From: a virus
Reading direction: 5' to 3' (one strand)
Virus record (IMG/VR): IMGVR_UViG_3300045988_176686
Length of the DNA: 64,000 nt
Shown here: piece by piece, positions 61,255-64,000 of the stretch
Layout of the letters: each line of letters begins with the position of its first letter
Position numbering within the stretch: the stretch's first letter is position 1
Position numbers and translations under genes: made by a program
Notes under the pieces: generated by a model
Told to the model about the DNA's origin: nothing
The model's input: the letters and a program-made list of their open reading frames with translations, nothing else
Databases searched by the model: none

Positions 61255-63129
61255 TTAAAAACCTGCTGCCTGTCCCGTTACATCCTCCGGAGTTGACACG
61301 ACACGCACACCAGGGCGGAAACGTGCCAAGGCTTTTGCGGCTTCGGTGATTTCGCCGCCCTCGTATAACGTGGCACTTTCCCCCGTTTCTGGGGTTGTGC
61401 TGTCGTGCTCGTTGGTCGTGCTGTCGTTCTCGTTGGCTGTGCTGTCCTCTTCCGCGGTCGGGGTATCATTCACCCCAAACCACTCGCGCAAGGTTTGCAC
61501 GGCTCCCGTGTCGGTTGCTTGCCATTGTTGGGCGGTTTTGTTCCAGCGTGCGCCGTGTGCTTTTATTGCTTTGCGGTTGCGGTATGTGGTGCGGCTGTCG
61601 CCCACTACTGCCACGCCTTCGGCAATTTCCACGAGTTCCAAACCCTCGGCGGGTGCCTCGTCGGTTGTGTCGGTGTTCGTGTCGGCTGCCTGAGCCTTGC
61701 CTTGTTTGGGGTCGGTAGGATCGGGAGTTGTGGGGGTGTAGCTGCGTTTGTTCCACGCAATGCGGGCTAACGTCTCGGCGTTCTCATTGTAGCCGCAAGG
61801 GAAAAGGTCGCACACATCACTAAAGCCCAATGCAGTAGCCACGGCTTCTGCTTCGGTGTTGGTGTAGGTGTAATTTTGCAAATATCCGTATTTATTGCGG
61901 TTGTTTGCTTCAGGCACAACGGCGAAAATTTTCGCTAAAATTTCTTCGCGTGCCTCGTCGCTCATTTCTCGTGCCGTGTCAATGGCGCCGGAGTTGCTGC
62001 CCATCGTGAGGCGTGCAAAATCCGTGAACTCTGAATAAATTACATCTGTCGAGTCGTCCCAGCCGTTGAAGGTGTCACGACGGCTACAAAATAAATCGAG
62101 ATCCGTTTTTTCGTTAAATTCTTCTTCGGTCGGTCCGTCAGTCCATGATAAGTCAAAGTCAGCCCCCCAACCGTGGCGTACCTTCAGGAAGAATTTAACG
62201 CCAGGGAAAGCAGCGCGACACATGGCCAAAATATTTGCCTTTCGTGCGTTGATGAGCTGTTTATTGGTGATTTTTTTGTCAGCCTCTAACGGGCGAACAT
62301 CGCGCATAAGATGCGCCCACTTGTCACAACGCGCGCGGTATTCAGCGAGGCGGCGCACCTTTGCTTCTGCCGCCAGTCGTGCGGCTTCTGCCTCGCGTGC
62401 TTTCTCTTCCTCTTTTATGCGTTCTACCTCGCCGGCGAAAAGTGCTGGCCATTCTATAGGTACATAAATATATCGGGCGTAACTGTACCCCTCGGCATCT
62501 ATTAAATAGTATTTACCAGATGGCGACACTACAAGGGTGCCAACGGTGTAGAAGGTCGCTAATTTTTCGGGGTCGCTTGTAGCGGCCATGTATTCTTCAT
62601 CGGGCACATCGTCAGAGCAAAAACCGCCTTTTAATTCGTGAGACTGCACGAGCTCATCCGCCAACTCAGGGCGTGCAAAATCTTCTTCCGATACGTTTAT
62701 AACTTCTTCCACATAACACAAGCGGGCGGGATGGTCTTCTGCGTGGGTGTAAAATGTAAGGGTGTGCAACTCTTCATATAACCCCTTGCCTCCGTCACAT
62801 TTAAACCCGCTATTATCCGCCCAAAAGAAACCGCCCACAGCGGGCACGCCTTCCAGTCGGTCGGCTTCCTGCGCGTGCTCGTAATACTTCGTGCGCTTGC
62901 GTGCTGCCTCCTTCTCGGCTATAATTTCGCGTGCGCGTGCCTCGGCTGCGTCGGTTGTAGCCTTGCCAAATTCTTTGTAATAGGCGGGGCGTGAGAGGGG
63001 AGACATCACACCACACCAACCACAAAGGCCCTGGTATTGTTCCGTGTCGCTGCAATACGTGTTAAATTCTTCTTTGTCTGTCAATACTTTTACTAAGTTC
63101 TCAGCTATTTGATTTAATGTTGCTTTCAT
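61255..63129 (-). CDS. large acidic protein of unknown function
   Basis: 624 aa from ATG 63129 (track start 63411 runs through the neighbouring ORF); coiled-coil EEKAREAEAARLAAEAK; DLSWTDGPTEEEF; C-terminal VVGDSRTTYRNRKAIKAHGARWNKTAQQWQA. Confidence 0.6.
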   Translation of the reverse strand: MKATLNQIAENLVKVLTDKEEFNTYCSDTEQYQGLCGWCGVMSPLSRPAYYKEFGKATTDAAEARAREIIAEKEAARKRTKYYEHAQEADRLEGVPAVGGFFWADNSGFKCDGGKGLYEELHTLTFYTHAEDHPARLCYVEEVINVSEEDFARPELADELVQSHELKGGFCSDDVPDEEYMAATSDPEKLATFYTVGTLVVSPSGKYYLIDAEGYSYARYIYVPIEWPALFAGEVERIKEEEKAREAEAARLAAEAKVRRLAEYRARCDKWAHLMRDVRPLEADKKITNKQLINARKANILAMCRAAFPGVKFFLKVRHGWGADFDLSWTDGPTEEEFNEKTDLDLFCSRRDTFNGWDDSTDVIYSEFTDFARLTMGSNSGAIDTAREMSDEAREEILAKIFAVVPEANNRNKYGYLQNYTYTNTEAEAVATALGFSDVCDLFPCGYNENAETLARIAWNKRSYTPTTPDPTDPKQGKAQAADTNTDTTDEAPAEGLELVEIAEGVAVVGDSRTTYRNRKAIKAHGARWNKTAQQWQATDTGAVQTLREWFGVNDTPTAEEDSTANENDSTTNEHDSTTPETGESATLYEGGEITEAAKALARFRPGVRVVSTPEDVTGQAAGF

Positions 63130-63185
63130 AAGTTTGTATATTTTGGGGGAGTAAAAAAAATCAGTGATAAAATTGTAGGCTATAA

Positions 63186-63452
63186 TTAGAAGATCCAGTT
63201 TTCCGCACCATTGATGCGATCTACGAGTCGAACACCAGGGCGACAAAGGTCCAGCACTTCGACGGCGGCCCAATAGGTAGGGCATACAACACAAGCGGAA
63301 GGACTCCCGACAACGGGGCCGCATACATTTACAAAAATCATGTAGCCGGAAGAAGTAAAGCGAATTTCGTGATAATAATCGCCCATCGCTGTGCGCTGCA
63401 TAAAAATCCATGTAGGGAGCGCGTTTTTTGTTTTAGGTTTGTAAGTTGCCAT
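63186..63452 (-). CDS. hypothetical protein
   Basis: 88-aa ORF with ATG just downstream of repeat copy 2. Confidence 0.45.
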   Translation of the reverse strand: MATYKPKTKNALPTWIFMQRTAMGDYYHEIRFTSSGYMIFVNVCGPVVGSPSACVVCPTYWAAVEVLDLCRPGVRLVDRINGAENWIF

Positions 63453-63457
63453 AATTT

Positions 63458-63575
63458 TTTTTTGTTATTATTTATGATGTGGGTGCAGCGGACGCGGACC
63501 ACTCGAAAGCCTGAATACTTTTACACCCTATAATATGAAGGCTAAAATTTAAGACTTAACACGAACACAACAACG
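63458..63575. repeat. about 120-bp direct repeat, copy 2
   Basis: See 61076-61199; overlaps the 3' end of ORF 63542-63799. Confidence 0.85.
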
Positions 63576-63799
63576 ATGCCCAACAGAGCAAAGCAAAGAT
63601 ATTGCGCACCCGTAAGCGTTACGGGGTCCTCGTCGTCGCCTGGGGTGAAGTTGTGCTTTGTTACGGCCCATTGTGCGGCCTTACGCATAGCTGACAAGGT
63701 AAAGCGTAAAACGCGAAGCAAAAGGAGCACAAAAGCGGCTAAAATAAGCATGCAAAGATCAACGCTCTTTGTTTGCTTTGTAATGTATGCTTTTTCCAT
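63542..63799 (-). CDS. small membrane protein (2 TM)
   Basis: 85-aa ORF, two hydrophobic helices. Confidence 0.5.
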   Translation of the reverse strand: MEKAYITKQTKSVDLCMLILAAFVLLLLRVLRFTLSAMRKAAQWAVTKHNFTPGDDEDPVTLTGAQYLCFALLGIVVVFVLSLKF

Positions 63800-63830
63800 T
63801 TTTTTAAAATTTAAAAAGGTCTATAAATTA

Positions 63831-64000
63831 TTATAGAAAGCTTAAACTATCGTTATTTATTTCTATTTCTTTAAGTTGTTCATTTAGCCCGTTTTCAGTC
63901 AAAACATTAAAAACGTTGTGCGCCTGTACCTCCGTTTCAACTAAAAACGGATCTCCCCCCATTGTTACAAGGGCCCCTATAACCTCATAAGGTTCTTTTA
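63831..64000 (-). CDS. hypothetical protein, C-terminal part (ORF enters from right edge)
   Basis: Open minus-strand frame from nt 64000 to TAA at 63833-63831 (...GALVTMGGDPFLVETEVQAHNVFNVLTENG...). Confidence 0.4.
   Translation of the reverse strand, partial: KEPYEVIGALVTMGGDPFLVETEVQAHNVFNVLTENGLNEQLKEIEINNDSLSFL

Larger units (their letters stand above)
1..64000. mobile_element. phage-plasmid-like mobile element (internal segment; neither end visible)
   Basis: TerL, tape measure, holin-like and YopX genes co-resident with Rep_3-like initiator plus iterons, ParA/RHH, own clamp and primase-helicase; no integrase, tRNA, rRNA or housekeeping genes seen. Confidence 0.6.

Noticed and set aside
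61346-61770. Three overlapping plus-strand ORFs (107-121 aa) in a GC-rich stretch
   Set aside because: They lie antisense to the C-terminal part of the 624-aa gene. Their Arg/Cys/Val-rich translations are typical of off-frame GC-rich sequence.
1-64000. tRNA, tmRNA or rRNA genes, and integrase or att sites
   Set aside because: I found no GGTTCRANYCC-type T-loop with a matching acceptor stem. No ORF has tyrosine- or serine-recombinase motifs. The duplicated word TTTGAACTTTTGG at about 5665 and 5727 is too short to call an att core.
1-64000. Alternative genetic code (stop-codon reassignment, as in some large Prevotella phages)
   Set aside because: Under the standard code the ORFs are long, tightly packed and end with all three stop codons next to the next start. 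The observed gene breaks are phase shifts, not in-frame stops.

Overview
This 64-kb window reads as one contiguous mobile element from a Bacteroidota-type host. The host inference rests on TAnnTTTG -7 boxes, A/C-rich leaders without Shine-Dalgarno sites, lipoboxes and a Bacteroides-type HU-like protein. I saw no rRNA, tRNA, integrase or housekeeping genes. About 100 close-packed ORFs are present, mostly on the minus strand. Five modules are recognisable. (i) Virion and lysis pieces: an 1805-aa tape measure, a holin-like protein and a large terminase. (ii) Four DNA methyltransferases: a frame-split Dam-like enzyme, an NPPY N6A enzyme, a beta-class N4/N6 enzyme and a circularly permuted C5 enzyme. 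(iii) Replisome parts: a sliding clamp, an SSB-like protein, a 1229-aa primase-helicase, a DEDDh exonuclease and a second primase-like protein. (iv) Plasmid-type maintenance: a Rep_3-like initiator with a nine-copy iteron origin, and ParA plus an RHH protein with a repeat-rich centromere-like region. (v) A right-hand accessory block of small unknown genes with its own upstream motif. Two things stand out. One is the phage-plasmid architecture. The other is a permuted C5-MTase that lacks a TRD core, while two diverged tandem mini-genes 7 kb away encode only that core. Several genes are broken or lack a start codon, mostly at or next to mononucleotide runs. Homopolymer sequencing error versus phase variation must therefore be resolved before these are interpreted further. 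All functional calls rest on motif recognition by eye and recall of families. No database search was run, and coordinates of features I added myself may be off by 1-2 nt.
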